Positions 1 through 9,620 of a stretch of 64,000 nucleotides of DNA are shown here, piece after piece; the first letter of the stretch is position 1, and each line of letters starts with the position of its first letter. The notes beneath the pieces were generated by a model that saw nothing but the letters and a program-made list of their open reading frames with translations, was not told where the DNA came from and did no database searches. The stretch comes from Sedimentisphaeraceae bacterium JB056. GTDB taxonomy: Bacteria > Planctomycetota > Phycisphaerae > Sedimentisphaerales > Sedimentisphaeraceae. Position numbers and translations under genes: made by a program. The stretch lies in the NCBI GenBank assembly GCA_044440125.1, contig JBITAJ010000003.1, forward strand, positions 64,001 to 128,000, given 5' to 3'.

Positions 1-1
1 C

Positions 2-610
2 ACAAAGGATGTAACCGGCATTATAATACGAAGTAATCTCTTCAACCTGATCGCCATCAACGGCCAAAACACCGCCGCAAACATCAAAACTGCCGTGAGA
101 ATTCATAAATATATCCTCGGCATTTATCGTGCCGCCGTTAAGCTCTAACACACCATAACCTACACCTGCATAATAAGCAGATGGTATAGATAAGTTAGTA
201 ACACCGGTTATTGTTCCACTATTGACAATAAGCGTTCCCGTACCTTGCGTTCCAACATTCATGTAGCTTGTCATACTTATCGTACCGCCGCTAATCGTAA
301 CCGTACCGGAGGTGTTAGCAGAATTCGCTATTTTGAGATTTGAAGGTAATAATGTACCTTCAATTGTAAGCGAAGCACCATCACCTGCAGCCCCAACTTC
401 AGTTGTGTTGGATGCGGCAGTATCACCGGAATATATTTTTACCGTATTAGTGTTGCTGATTGTAGCGTTTACACCACTGCTCGGCACACCGGAATCCCAG
501 TTGCCGGCAACCGTCCAATCATCATCTACACTTCCAGTCCAGTTAGTAGCCTGAACTGCAAAAGCTAACGTTAACACAAAACACATCATCGAAACCAGTT
601 TGATCTTCAT
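2..610 (-). CDS. Secreted Gly/Thr-rich beta-helix/passenger-like protein, 3' end outside the window
   Basis: Not in the ORF track; translated by hand from ATG at 610 (AAGGA upstream): MKIKLVSMMCFVLTLAFAVQA-TNWTGSVDDDWTVAGNWDSGVPSS...GTVTISGGTI...GTLIVNSGTI...LELNGGTI. Open to the window edge, with a signal peptide and repeated GG-T-I strands. Confidence 0.75.
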   Translation of the reverse strand, partial: MKIKLVSMMCFVLTLAFAVQATNWTGSVDDDWTVAGNWDSGVPSSGVNATISNTNTVKIYSGDTAASNTTEVGAAGDGASLTIEGTLLPSNLKIANSANTSGTVTISGGTISMTSYMNVGTQGTGTLIVNSGTITGVTNLSIPSAYYAGVGYGVLELNGGTINAEDIFMNSHGSFDVCGGVLAVDGDQVEEITSYYNAGYILC

Positions 611-658
611 TTGAAATATCCTTAAAAAAACTACATTAAATTCCCAACGCACCATGCT

Positions 659-1495
659 TTAGATGATATTCAAAAGCCATTGCCTCGCTCTTCTACGATA
701 GTCGCTGTCTTTGGACATCCAAAGATCGGTATGAGAAGAGATGAAATATTGATTTGGTATATCAAACAATTCCTCAACAGGCACATCTATAAAAGTAAAA
801 TCACCAAATTTATTTTTGTCTGAAAGATACTCACGAGTCTTTTGTGAAAACTCATCTTTATTAGCGCATATCAGTTGTCTTCTGCCGTCAAGCAGCTTTA
901 GCCTTTCAAGTGCAGACTCCCTGCCATTATCCTCGTACCGCCAATCTTCTTTTACACCGTCATAATGATCGTGAGTGATAAACCCCTTCCACATTGATGC
1001 GATTCTTTCATCAGCAAGCCCGATATAATTAACAGCAATAGCGCCTCTTGAAAATCCACACAAAAACAGAGAATCCATATCACCGCCAAAACGTTCACAT
1101 ATCCTCGGGATATTAATAGTGCAGTAATCGATAGCTGCCTGTTTATCACCCCACCATGTTACCTCATTGTGTTTATGATCTTTGGCAATAAACGGCAAAA
1201 CAACCCATATCCATCCCTTGGCTCCACACAATCCATAACCAAGATTCGCGTCCTCAACTTTACCGGTTGAACCACTGCCCGGATAATAATTGCCTGTATA
1301 CTCAACCATCACAGGATATTTTTTGTCGGGTTGCCAATCTAAAGGCAAATAAAGGCTATGATGAATGCACGTGCCTCGATATTCCGCAGCGACCTGCCTA
1401 ACACGCTTGCCGGAACCAGGTTCTCTACCTATCATTTCAGGAGGAAGTTCGATTTGATTAATTTCATCTACAGTTGTGGCTTTAATATTACTCAT
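659..1495 (-). CDS. Alpha/beta-hydrolase-fold protein (putative esterase)
   Basis: YLP..W..KYPV motif and GFSRG nucleophile elbow; ATG at 1495 preferred over TTG at 1510. Confidence 0.65.
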   Translation of the reverse strand: MSNIKATTVDEINQIELPPEMIGREPGSGKRVRQVAAEYRGTCIHHSLYLPLDWQPDKKYPVMVEYTGNYYPGSGSTGKVEDANLGYGLCGAKGWIWVVLPFIAKDHKHNEVTWWGDKQAAIDYCTINIPRICERFGGDMDSLFLCGFSRGAIAVNYIGLADERIASMWKGFITHDHYDGVKEDWRYEDNGRESALERLKLLDGRRQLICANKDEFSQKTREYLSDKNKFGDFTFIDVPVEELFDIPNQYFISSHTDLWMSKDSDYRRRARQWLLNII

Positions 1496-1577
1496 GTGAC
1501 AATATTTCAAGAATTACGCCAATTGAATTTAAGACACGTTATACATATCAAAACGGCTAAACACTAAACCTTAGATC

Positions 1578-1657
1578 ATTACAATAATTACAATAAAGAA
1601 AACAGAACACACAAAAGACCTTTAAACAATATTATCACATTACAATTGCAATACAAT
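1578..1657 (-). promoter_or_regulatory. Putative promoter (TTGTAT-N16-TAATAT) with paired ATTACAAT operator-like sites
   Basis: ATTACAAT at 1578, 1587 and 1639; the same arrangement recurs at 15207-15287. Confidence 0.55.
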
Positions 1658-1694
1658 ATCTTTTTTCAAAAAATCACATTTTCTCAGCTGCCAC

Positions 1695-1737
1695 AAAAAA
1701 AGGGAGCGATGGACTACTTAAAAGCTCACCGCTCCCT
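1695..1737 (-). terminator. Intrinsic terminator after the 15194-1776 operon
   Basis: AGGGAGCG (1701-1708) / CGCTCCCT (1730-1737) inverted repeat, followed on the minus strand by a T run. Confidence 0.7.
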
Positions 1738-1775
1738 GTATAAGGAACATTAAATTATCGTCGTATCAGATGATA

Positions 1776-4376
1776 TCAATTAAAGTCTCTGACTAATTTC
1801 TCGTCACCATTCTGGAGCGTTATAACTCCGCTCTTGTATGCCGATTTCATATATGGGCTGTCGAACGTCATTGGATAAAAATAATCTATATACTCTCCGC
1901 CAACAGTAGGCATTTCCATAGTCGCCGCATTGAAAGCAATTTCTTTTGCATCATTGCCGCATCCGGTATAGACCAATACATTATAGCCCGGCACAACTGT
2001 CTTATACAACGCTATCGGGTTGTCAAGAACGTCGGATATAAAATCTTCCAGCGTCGGATGATCGGCCTTGCGGGCGGCCTCAATAATTACCGGCGAGAAC
2101 CTGTCTTCGAGCTGAATAACTTTGTGATCGCATATCCATGAATAGGCCCCGTCTTTAATCTTCACGGTAGCATCATCCTTGGGGCTGTCAAAATACATTT
2201 GCGTAGTATTGCCCTTTTTAGCTCTCTTAGCCTTTTCATACTCTTCATCCCAAAGAATTGGCTTAATTGCTACATAAGCATTGCCCTTTTGCAGGAACAA
2301 CCACCCTTCTTTTTCTATCAGCTTGTCCCAATCCTTACCTACGAACACTCCCATGCCACGGTCAAACATAATGCCCGCAGGGAACCATTCTGGATTAACC
2401 TGAGTGATTCTTCTTGCCTGCTGAGTAATCATAACAGACTTGCTCTGCACCGTACGATAGTTAATGTGCATATCGTAGCCCTTTTTGCTCTTGACGTAGC
2501 CAGGCTCATCCTTGCCCGCCAACTGAATACCCACTGTAACAACACGGCTAAGTGGCGACTGAGCAAAGATCATGCCGTGCCAACGCTTGGTGAGGCTCAA
2601 ATGGCTATGTACAGCCCCAGGATGCTCCATCTGACATCCAAGCACATAGTCAGGAGTAACATAACTATACTTAACAAACCGCGACTCTGTATCGCAACAT
2701 ATACTTCTTTCCATACCCATCGGGCGAGGCCAAACACCTTCCTCTTCACCAACACCACGTGATATATACTCAAAACAACCCAGTCCCTGCCTATCAAGAG
2801 CCGTCTTCATCACAACAGGCGGCAACTGGTAGCCATTAATGAGCGACCAGTAATACCAGATATCAGGGGCACCAACACCACCTAAATAATACCGCATAAG
2901 GGTAGTGATCGAAGCATACCCGCCTTCGTAGTTGTGCCTGCCTTTCATGCCGCCGCGCAGTCCGGAAATCGACTCCTGGGCCCAGTCTGCCCAGACCAAA
3001 TCAAAGAAGTTGCCTACAATTTCCTTCAGCTCATCATCACCGCTGCACGTATAAACCAAATCGACAAAATTAAGCGTATGGTGCATATATCCATCAGCAG
3101 CACGTTCTACAAAGAATCCGCGCCTTGCACGTTCTGTAAAATACTCTTTCAAGAACCCGACCCACGCTTCATAATGGTCAGCAGCATTATACTCTTTACC
3201 ATCAGAAAGATTTGCTCGACCACCAAAGCTGCGGTCTAACTTCCCGTAATAGCCGGGATGCCCATAATGAAAACCTCCGCCAAAACCATAATCAGGATAG
3301 ATACGGTCTTTGTACTCTGGTTCATTCATAAAAATACGAGACGACACAAGATTACACGCCTTGCCGTTCAGATCATGATTTTCACTGCCGTCCATCCACC
3401 ATGTGCTCTGCTTTGACCAGTGTATATCATTCTTTTCATAAGTACGCAGCCAAAGAACCTCCAAAAGTTTTTCCTGAACCTCCGGTGTTAAGCGGCCCGG
3501 AAATTTATCCGACTTATCCGAAAAATTATCGTAAAGTCTGCATAGCATAGGGGTGAGAAATAAAGACCACGGATCATCAAGAACATCCGGCTTTTCCAAC
3601 TCTTCCATAATACCGGCATTCGCCTCTTCTATATCCATCCCAAGATAAAGTTTCGTAAAATAGTTCACATAGGGACTGCCCCACATTGTTTTTGTGGCAC
3701 GCTGCTGAGCGTCCAACATTCTTGCCGACCGAGTATTACGCTCTTCTTCCATTCGCTGCTCAAGAGTCTTATCCGTTACACCGATATACTTACCATCCTT
3801 TGAAAAATTGATCCCGTCAAGCCAGACAACCGTATCTTTTGGCATATCTATTTTGAACCTGCATTCTTTCACATTAGAATAATCAAAACCACTCTGGGCA
3901 TCAAAGTCTTTTAGACTAATACTCAACTGTTGCCATTTATTATTTTCCAGTGCCTCAATTGTTTTTCTTGCCTGCCTGCCCGCTTTATCCACCAGGGTAA
4001 CAATACCCTCGCCCGCAGAGGCCGAACCCTTTATCTTAATAAATAAATTAAGCGTAAATCCCTCATCCAACTGCCAGAGATCGCCCCAAAGACTCGATAC
4101 AAAACCAAAAGCTTTGTCGCTGCCGGCCTTTGCAGCATTGTAAACTATGCTAAGATCGCCTACCTGCTTATCGGCATGATCTGCTTTAAAGTAAGGTGAA
4201 CTATAGTTAACATTCAGCCTCTTGCTTAAGTCGTGATACAAATCCTGCGAATCGGCTGCAACAGTAAAAAGCCGTGGCTCTTCATCCCAAAAATCCAAAG
4301 TTTGCGACTCACTCATACATATTGACGGCAGTAACCCGCTAACAACAAAAAACAGCAAAATAATTTTCAATTTCAT
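1776..4376 (-). CDS. Secreted protein: N-terminal CBM-like beta-sandwich plus uncharacterised helical lyase-like region
   Basis: Signal peptide; WQQLSISLKDF...VWLDGINF resembles CBM11/CIA30-type domains; SENH and E..ADGY..HTL motifs in a helical region recall heparinase-type toroids; GAGG RBS. Confidence 0.5.
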   Translation of the reverse strand: MKLKIILLFFVVSGLLPSICMSESQTLDFWDEEPRLFTVAADSQDLYHDLSKRLNVNYSSPYFKADHADKQVGDLSIVYNAAKAGSDKAFGFVSSLWGDLWQLDEGFTLNLFIKIKGSASAGEGIVTLVDKAGRQARKTIEALENNKWQQLSISLKDFDAQSGFDYSNVKECRFKIDMPKDTVVWLDGINFSKDGKYIGVTDKTLEQRMEEERNTRSARMLDAQQRATKTMWGSPYVNYFTKLYLGMDIEEANAGIMEELEKPDVLDDPWSLFLTPMLCRLYDNFSDKSDKFPGRLTPEVQEKLLEVLWLRTYEKNDIHWSKQSTWWMDGSENHDLNGKACNLVSSRIFMNEPEYKDRIYPDYGFGGGFHYGHPGYYGKLDRSFGGRANLSDGKEYNAADHYEAWVGFLKEYFTERARRGFFVERAADGYMHHTLNFVDLVYTCSGDDELKEIVGNFFDLVWADWAQESISGLRGGMKGRHNYEGGYASITTLMRYYLGGVGAPDIWYYWSLINGYQLPPVVMKTALDRQGLGCFEYISRGVGEEEGVWPRPMGMERSICCDTESRFVKYSYVTPDYVLGCQMEHPGAVHSHLSLTKRWHGMIFAQSPLSRVVTVGIQLAGKDEPGYVKSKKGYDMHINYRTVQSKSVMITQQARRITQVNPEWFPAGIMFDRGMGVFVGKDWDKLIEKEGWLFLQKGNAYVAIKPILWDEEYEKAKRAKKGNTTQMYFDSPKDDATVKIKDGAYSWICDHKVIQLEDRFSPVIIEAARKADHPTLEDFISDVLDNPIALYKTVVPGYNVLVYTGCGNDAKEIAFNAATMEMPTVGGEYIDYFYPMTFDSPYMKSAYKSGVITLQNGDEKLVRDFN

Positions 4377-4405
4377 TTCATTTACCTCTTTCTATATAAT
4401 ACTAT

Positions 4406-6799
4406 CTATTCAGAACTCTTTTGTAATGTATAAACCGTTAAACCGGTAATATCTTTTTGTTTTGCCGGTATTACTATGCTCACCAGATAACCAACCACAT
4501 AACAGGCGACAACGCCAACCGCAGGATATGCGAGAAAATGCATATGCGTATAGTTCATAACATAATAAGTAGCAGCCAATGAAGCAATTACGCCGGCAAC
4601 AGCTCCTGCACTATTTGTTCTCTTTGTAAAGATACCCAAAGTATATATTCCCGTGATAGCGCCAAGAAGCACGCCGAATATAACCATGCACAAATCCCAT
4701 ATTGAGGTCAAATCAGTTTTGACTAAAAACAAAGCTGAAACCGTACCAAACACACCGAGTGAAGCAGTAAGAATTCTACCGAGAATAACGCAACTATGAT
4801 CTGTCGCATCTTTTTTAAACCTGCGATAAAAATCCTCAACACCCAGATTTGCAACACTATTGAGAGCACTGGACAACGTTGACATTGTCGCAGCAAGTAT
4901 TGCCGCAATAACCAACCCTGCCAAACCGACAGGCAGATTCTGAGCCGCAAAAAGCGGAAAAATACCATCCGACTTCGTCGCAGGACTGAGCATCTCAGGC
5001 TTCTCCATATAGAACAAAAATAAAATGGTACCAAGACTGAATAATACTGCATTAAGAGGTACGGCGACCACAAGCGACATGATAATTGCCTTTTTAGATT
5101 CCTTCTCATTGGGCGTACACTGCATGCGTTGAATGAAATTTTGATCCCCTATCATGCCAAGAGTGTTTACAAGTATATTCAAAAACAATATAAAAGCACA
5201 AGGTTCAACAAATGAAATATTCCAATCAAACATATGCAGCTTATCAGCAGTCTGAATATTGCTCCAGCCCTGCGAAAAGCTCATATCAAGCCCCGTAATA
5301 GCCCATACAAGACAAACCACAACAGCCATAATCATTACTATTGCCTGAAGAACGTCCGTCCAAATCACACCTTCAAGCCCGCCAAGAAATACATAGCAGG
5401 TTGTAACGACACCCATAATGACTATACTGACCTCAATTGGTATGCCGGTTATACTGCTTATTGCTATCGCCGGCAAAATCATTACAGCCGACATTCTGCC
5501 CAATATCTGCAGAAACGACCATATTATACTTCCTGCAATTCGCAGAAAAATATTATACCTGCGTTCAAGATACTCATTTGCAGTCGCAACCTCCAATCTT
5601 CGTGCGATAGGCATATATAAATAAATAGCCAGCGGCGGAATGGTTATAATAGAGAAAACGGTTGCTCCAAAATAGAACCAATTATCCGAAAATGCCTTAC
5701 CCGGCACAGCCATCAAACTTATAGCACTTGCACCTGTAGCAAACATACTGAGACCAGAAGCCCACCAAGGCACGCGTTTGCCGCCGCGAAAATAATCCTC
5801 GCTGTTTTTCTCTCGCTTTGAAAGATACGCACCAACAAGCAACATTCCTACCATAAAGACAACGACAACGCCATGATCAACCCAGCCATACTTTGTTGCA
5901 GGCATTACAGCTTTGACGTTGACCGATGAATCAACGCCAATGATACCAAATTCCACATCATCAAATACAACACCCACCGGTTTGATTGACTGCGGCAACT
6001 CCCCCAAAATAACCCATTTATTCGTAAACGTGTGATACGCAAGAATATCATTACTCTGGCCGTATTTGGACAAAAAGACAATATGAGCCAAACCACAAGG
6101 AGCAGACACCATATTTGACAAGTCATAATCTGTTTGACCGAGCTGCTCAAAAATCTTATCGGGAGAAAGCCGCGACACTCTAAAGCCCTCATTATTGGTA
6201 AAGACAAATAATCTGCCCGAAACTGCAGCAACTGAAACAACCTTTCCATCGATGGGCTGCCATGCGTCCAATTTTTTCCATTTCCCATCTTTTGCAAGAA
6301 GGTCCATTGAAAACGCTGCTTCAGCGCCAACAGCATATATATGTCCGGAAGCCAATGCAGCTTTAACATCGGGAATAAATACGGGAAGCTCAGGCATTTG
6401 TTCCGAATGCAGCTTATCTTCCTCTATCCAATATCGAACTACCTCTTTCGTCTCAACATCATCTTTATAACCGCCGATGCAAATCACACCATCAGAGGTA
6501 CTTACGGCAGCTCCGCCATAGACACGATTCTGTAACGGTGAAATTTCCGCCCACTTTTGACCGTCTTCATCCAACATAAATACCGCATTGCTGGCAACCT
6601 GAGACTTGAAACCGCCAATAACTAAAAGATTTTCACCATCCCGCCCGACAAACGCTTTATCAAGTTCAGCGCCAAGCGGAGCAATTCTCTCAAACTCAAA
6701 GAAACCTTCCGTCTCTACACTATCAGCAACAGCCAAAGTGCAAACTGTCAGTATTAACAAAACCAAGAACACACATCTATTTACTTTCAAGTTTTTCAT
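4406..6799 (-). CDS. Kelch (NanM-like) beta-propeller fused to a sodium:solute symporter
   Basis: Signal peptide and Kelch GG repeats (VIGGF, CIGGY), then SSS motifs DYFRGG..VPWW, YLERRY, GGLEGVIWTD, DQNFIQR, AATMSTLSS. Confidence 0.85.
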   Translation of the reverse strand: MKNLKVNRCVFLVLLILTVCTLAVADSVETEGFFEFERIAPLGAELDKAFVGRDGENLLVIGGFKSQVASNAVFMLDEDGQKWAEISPLQNRVYGGAAVSTSDGVICIGGYKDDVETKEVVRYWIEEDKLHSEQMPELPVFIPDVKAALASGHIYAVGAEAAFSMDLLAKDGKWKKLDAWQPIDGKVVSVAAVSGRLFVFTNNEGFRVSRLSPDKIFEQLGQTDYDLSNMVSAPCGLAHIVFLSKYGQSNDILAYHTFTNKWVILGELPQSIKPVGVVFDDVEFGIIGVDSSVNVKAVMPATKYGWVDHGVVVVFMVGMLLVGAYLSKREKNSEDYFRGGKRVPWWASGLSMFATGASAISLMAVPGKAFSDNWFYFGATVFSIITIPPLAIYLYMPIARRLEVATANEYLERRYNIFLRIAGSIIWSFLQILGRMSAVMILPAIAISSITGIPIEVSIVIMGVVTTCYVFLGGLEGVIWTDVLQAIVMIMAVVVCLVWAITGLDMSFSQGWSNIQTADKLHMFDWNISFVEPCAFILFLNILVNTLGMIGDQNFIQRMQCTPNEKESKKAIIMSLVVAVPLNAVLFSLGTILFLFYMEKPEMLSPATKSDGIFPLFAAQNLPVGLAGLVIAAILAATMSTLSSALNSVANLGVEDFYRRFKKDATDHSCVILGRILTASLGVFGTVSALFLVKTDLTSIWDLCMVIFGVLLGAITGIYTLGIFTKRTNSAGAVAGVIASLAATYYVMNYTHMHFLAYPAVGVVACYVVGYLVSIVIPAKQKDITGLTVYTLQKSSE

Positions 6800-6895
6800 G
6801 GATTCCAATCTTCTTACCAATTGTGTATAAATTCAGCAAAGTTTATAAGTCATTTATTATACGGTTCAATCTGTCCTAATTGAAGTAACAAACTT

Positions 6896-9604
6896 TCATT
6901 TCGGCAATTCTGGTGATTTTAGCAATTCCATAACTTCGCAAGGAATTTCACGACCGGCAACCTTAACAATAGTTCCGCCTGCACGAGACGCCCACTTCAC
7001 CTTACCGTCTTGATCAAACTGCACATAAACGCAGCGAGCATCAGTCTCAACGTTACCTGCTATTGTGATTCCCTCGCCGTGAGATACAATAAAAAGTCCG
7101 GTCCCTTCTTCTGTAGCAATTCTGACAGCTCTTGAACCATCGGTAGACTCAATCAGTTTGGATTTGAGACTTTTTGCGTATGCTCCAGGACGACTCGGTT
7201 TTAGTATGGTAATAAATTCGGCATTGCCGGAAGTCTGTTGACGGTAAGACGGGTAAGTGGTATCGGTCAGCGGAACCGCATTGAATCCTTTACGAAGGAG
7301 CAATTCTAATCTCTTTGGATAAATGGGAATAATCTCCAGATTTGCATCCTGACTATTTGTAGTCCAAACACGGCAGGTTTTGGCATCTGTTTCATATGTA
7401 TTATTGGGATAGATGTGCCAACATTGATCATAGGTATGGCTCTTGCCATCGTTGGGTTTTAGCATATCTGCCACGAAATAGAGCCCGGCTTCCTTGAGGA
7501 AGAAAACTTTTCTTTCGTGGCGAACATTAGGATAGCCCTGCCCCCAGCCTTCCAAGAGACCTGCATTATCGGAGACAAATGCGCTTGTTCCGCAGGGACC
7601 ATCCACATAAGATTTCGGCTTCAAACGTGGGTAGCCACGTTCATCAACCTCCACTGTATTATGAGATTTAGTCTGATGCCGCTGCCAATCGAAATGAGGA
7701 TGGCGGGATTCATAAGAACTCATCCCGGTATCGTTAAGCAGCTTTTGTCCATAAGCAGAGAGGATGACGGCATTTTGATCCATATGATAATGACCACCGC
7801 CAACACGCGAAGACAAAAACAGAACATTGGCATCTGGCTGCCATGAATTACGCAAGATACCAATTTTAGCATTCGGGTAGCTGATATTTGTTACTTCCGG
7901 CGCATGACCTGTTTTGCCTTTACTGACCCACCACGTTAGCTCAGGATCGTTAAAGAATATCGCCGCACGTTTGATTGCTGGTGATGTAACAGAGCTTTTT
8001 GCAGTCCCTTCGCCCCAATTGGGAGGTGTCCCGTCGGGCAAGGAACAGAACATTAGATAGCGTGCCAATTGATGGGTCTTTGGTGCAAGTGCATCAGGCG
8101 ATTTCAAATCGTGTTCCTTGTAAAGTTCAAGCAGACTGACCATCTGGTCAAGAACCCCGTAAGGATAACCGAAAGTATGTTCAATATAAGCTCCATCATC
8201 AAGAACCATCGATTTAAGATTGAGCTTCAATCTATCATTGGCATCTTCAATCCATAGCTTGCTGTCTGCAAACTCTGGAAAGGTTACCGAAAGCAGAATC
8301 AAGGAACTAAACTTGCTCATACCCTGATTACCATAGTTCCCGCCACGATTCTTTGACGGATTGATATAGAGCATTGAACCATTTCGAACAGCGCCCTTGA
8401 GCAGTTCGACGCAATCACGCGGCTGGCATGCTTCCATGGAAAACAGGTGTGGGAATAACATTGAATAATAATATGCACGACCGGCAGCATTCAATTCATT
8501 TCCATCGGCATCTCTGCAATCCAGAGATGGTAAATCTGCCATAAAATCACAAATCAGGTCCAACGTAACCCTCTCTGCCTTCCTATCTTCGACCGACAGT
8601 GACCATGCCGTCATATTGTACAGCCAGTATAACCGCTGCGTCCAGTTCGGAAACTGGTTGTGCGCTCCTTTTGGCATATCCCAATCTACGCCGCCGGGCA
8701 GTCCTTCCCAAGAGTAGATATACCCCAGATTATTGTCCCAGGTAATTTCCTTCTCGTCAAAAACCGTCGGTTTAACCCAAAAGAGCACGAGCGATTGGTC
8801 TTCTTTCGTACTGAAGGCTTTCAGTTTCATTTTTACTGATTTGACACTTTTAACATCGACTTTCGAAAGGTCAAAGGAAATGAGCGACCACCTTGTGTTA
8901 TCATCAAATGGTTTTCCAACCTTTAAGCCAGAGTTGCAGACTTCCAACTTCTCTTCGGTTCCGTAGTTTATTTTACTGTATTTACCCGCACGAACGTAAG
9001 CATCTTCTACAGCCTTGACACTCACCGCCAGCCCATCATTAAATTGCAGTTGCAACATCGGCGGGTTTTCTGAGTTGCGTGAATCGACAAAACTCACCAC
9101 GCCATCTTTGTGCCTACCCATAAGCTTAAATGTCATCATTTCACGCCTTAAAATCCCCCTATTGATGCTGATGTAGTAATCTTCAGGCTGAGTTTTAAGC
9201 TCAAATGTGTCCAGAGCGGTAATTTGCTGGTCAAAGCCGAAAAATTTATCTTTCCTAAGTTTTACACGCAAAGTTTCTCCGCCTCTGGGCTTGGTTTTAG
9301 GATCTATTGGTCGATTCTGAAAATATTCCAAAAGCTCAACCCCTGCCTGCTCATAATCACCAACTTTAACAGCATCCTCAACTCTTCTTAACTTAGAGCT
9401 ATAGGCATAATCAACCATTGGCTTTTTAGCCCATCTTCCATTGATGAAAGATCCAAAGAAATCTGCATCAGTAATTTTCCGCTTACAATTATTATCGTAC
9501 AGTTCTTTGAGCTTCTCCGCAGACATCTCCGGCGATGCCTGAACAATAACACTCAGTATCAAAAAAACGAAAAACACGCATCTATTTAATTTAAAGTTCA
9601 TCAT
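6896..9604 (-). CDS. Heparinase II/III-family lyase with inserted DNRLRE/CBM96-like domain
   Basis: Signal peptide; EDAYVRAG..NYG..R.SLISFDLS; NQG, DGAYIEHTFGY, HYHMD, DTG..SY and SHNTVEVD motifs. Confidence 0.8.
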   Translation of the reverse strand: MMNFKLNRCVFFVFLILSVIVQASPEMSAEKLKELYDNNCKRKITDADFFGSFINGRWAKKPMVDYAYSSKLRRVEDAVKVGDYEQAGVELLEYFQNRPIDPKTKPRGGETLRVKLRKDKFFGFDQQITALDTFELKTQPEDYYISINRGILRREMMTFKLMGRHKDGVVSFVDSRNSENPPMLQLQFNDGLAVSVKAVEDAYVRAGKYSKINYGTEEKLEVCNSGLKVGKPFDDNTRWSLISFDLSKVDVKSVKSVKMKLKAFSTKEDQSLVLFWVKPTVFDEKEITWDNNLGYIYSWEGLPGGVDWDMPKGAHNQFPNWTQRLYWLYNMTAWSLSVEDRKAERVTLDLICDFMADLPSLDCRDADGNELNAAGRAYYYSMLFPHLFSMEACQPRDCVELLKGAVRNGSMLYINPSKNRGGNYGNQGMSKFSSLILLSVTFPEFADSKLWIEDANDRLKLNLKSMVLDDGAYIEHTFGYPYGVLDQMVSLLELYKEHDLKSPDALAPKTHQLARYLMFCSLPDGTPPNWGEGTAKSSVTSPAIKRAAIFFNDPELTWWVSKGKTGHAPEVTNISYPNAKIGILRNSWQPDANVLFLSSRVGGGHYHMDQNAVILSAYGQKLLNDTGMSSYESRHPHFDWQRHQTKSHNTVEVDERGYPRLKPKSYVDGPCGTSAFVSDNAGLLEGWGQGYPNVRHERKVFFLKEAGLYFVADMLKPNDGKSHTYDQCWHIYPNNTYETDAKTCRVWTTNSQDANLEIIPIYPKRLELLLRKGFNAVPLTDTTYPSYRQQTSGNAEFITILKPSRPGAYAKSLKSKLIESTDGSRAVRIATEEGTGLFIVSHGEGITIAGNVETDARCVYVQFDQDGKVKWASRAGGTIVKVAGREIPCEVMELLKSPELPK

Positions 9605-9620
9605 CTCTTTCACATCCCTA

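Noticed and set aside
312..554. 80-aa plus-strand ORF
   Set aside because: Antisense shadow of the minus-strand gene starting at 610, which has an RBS and signal peptide
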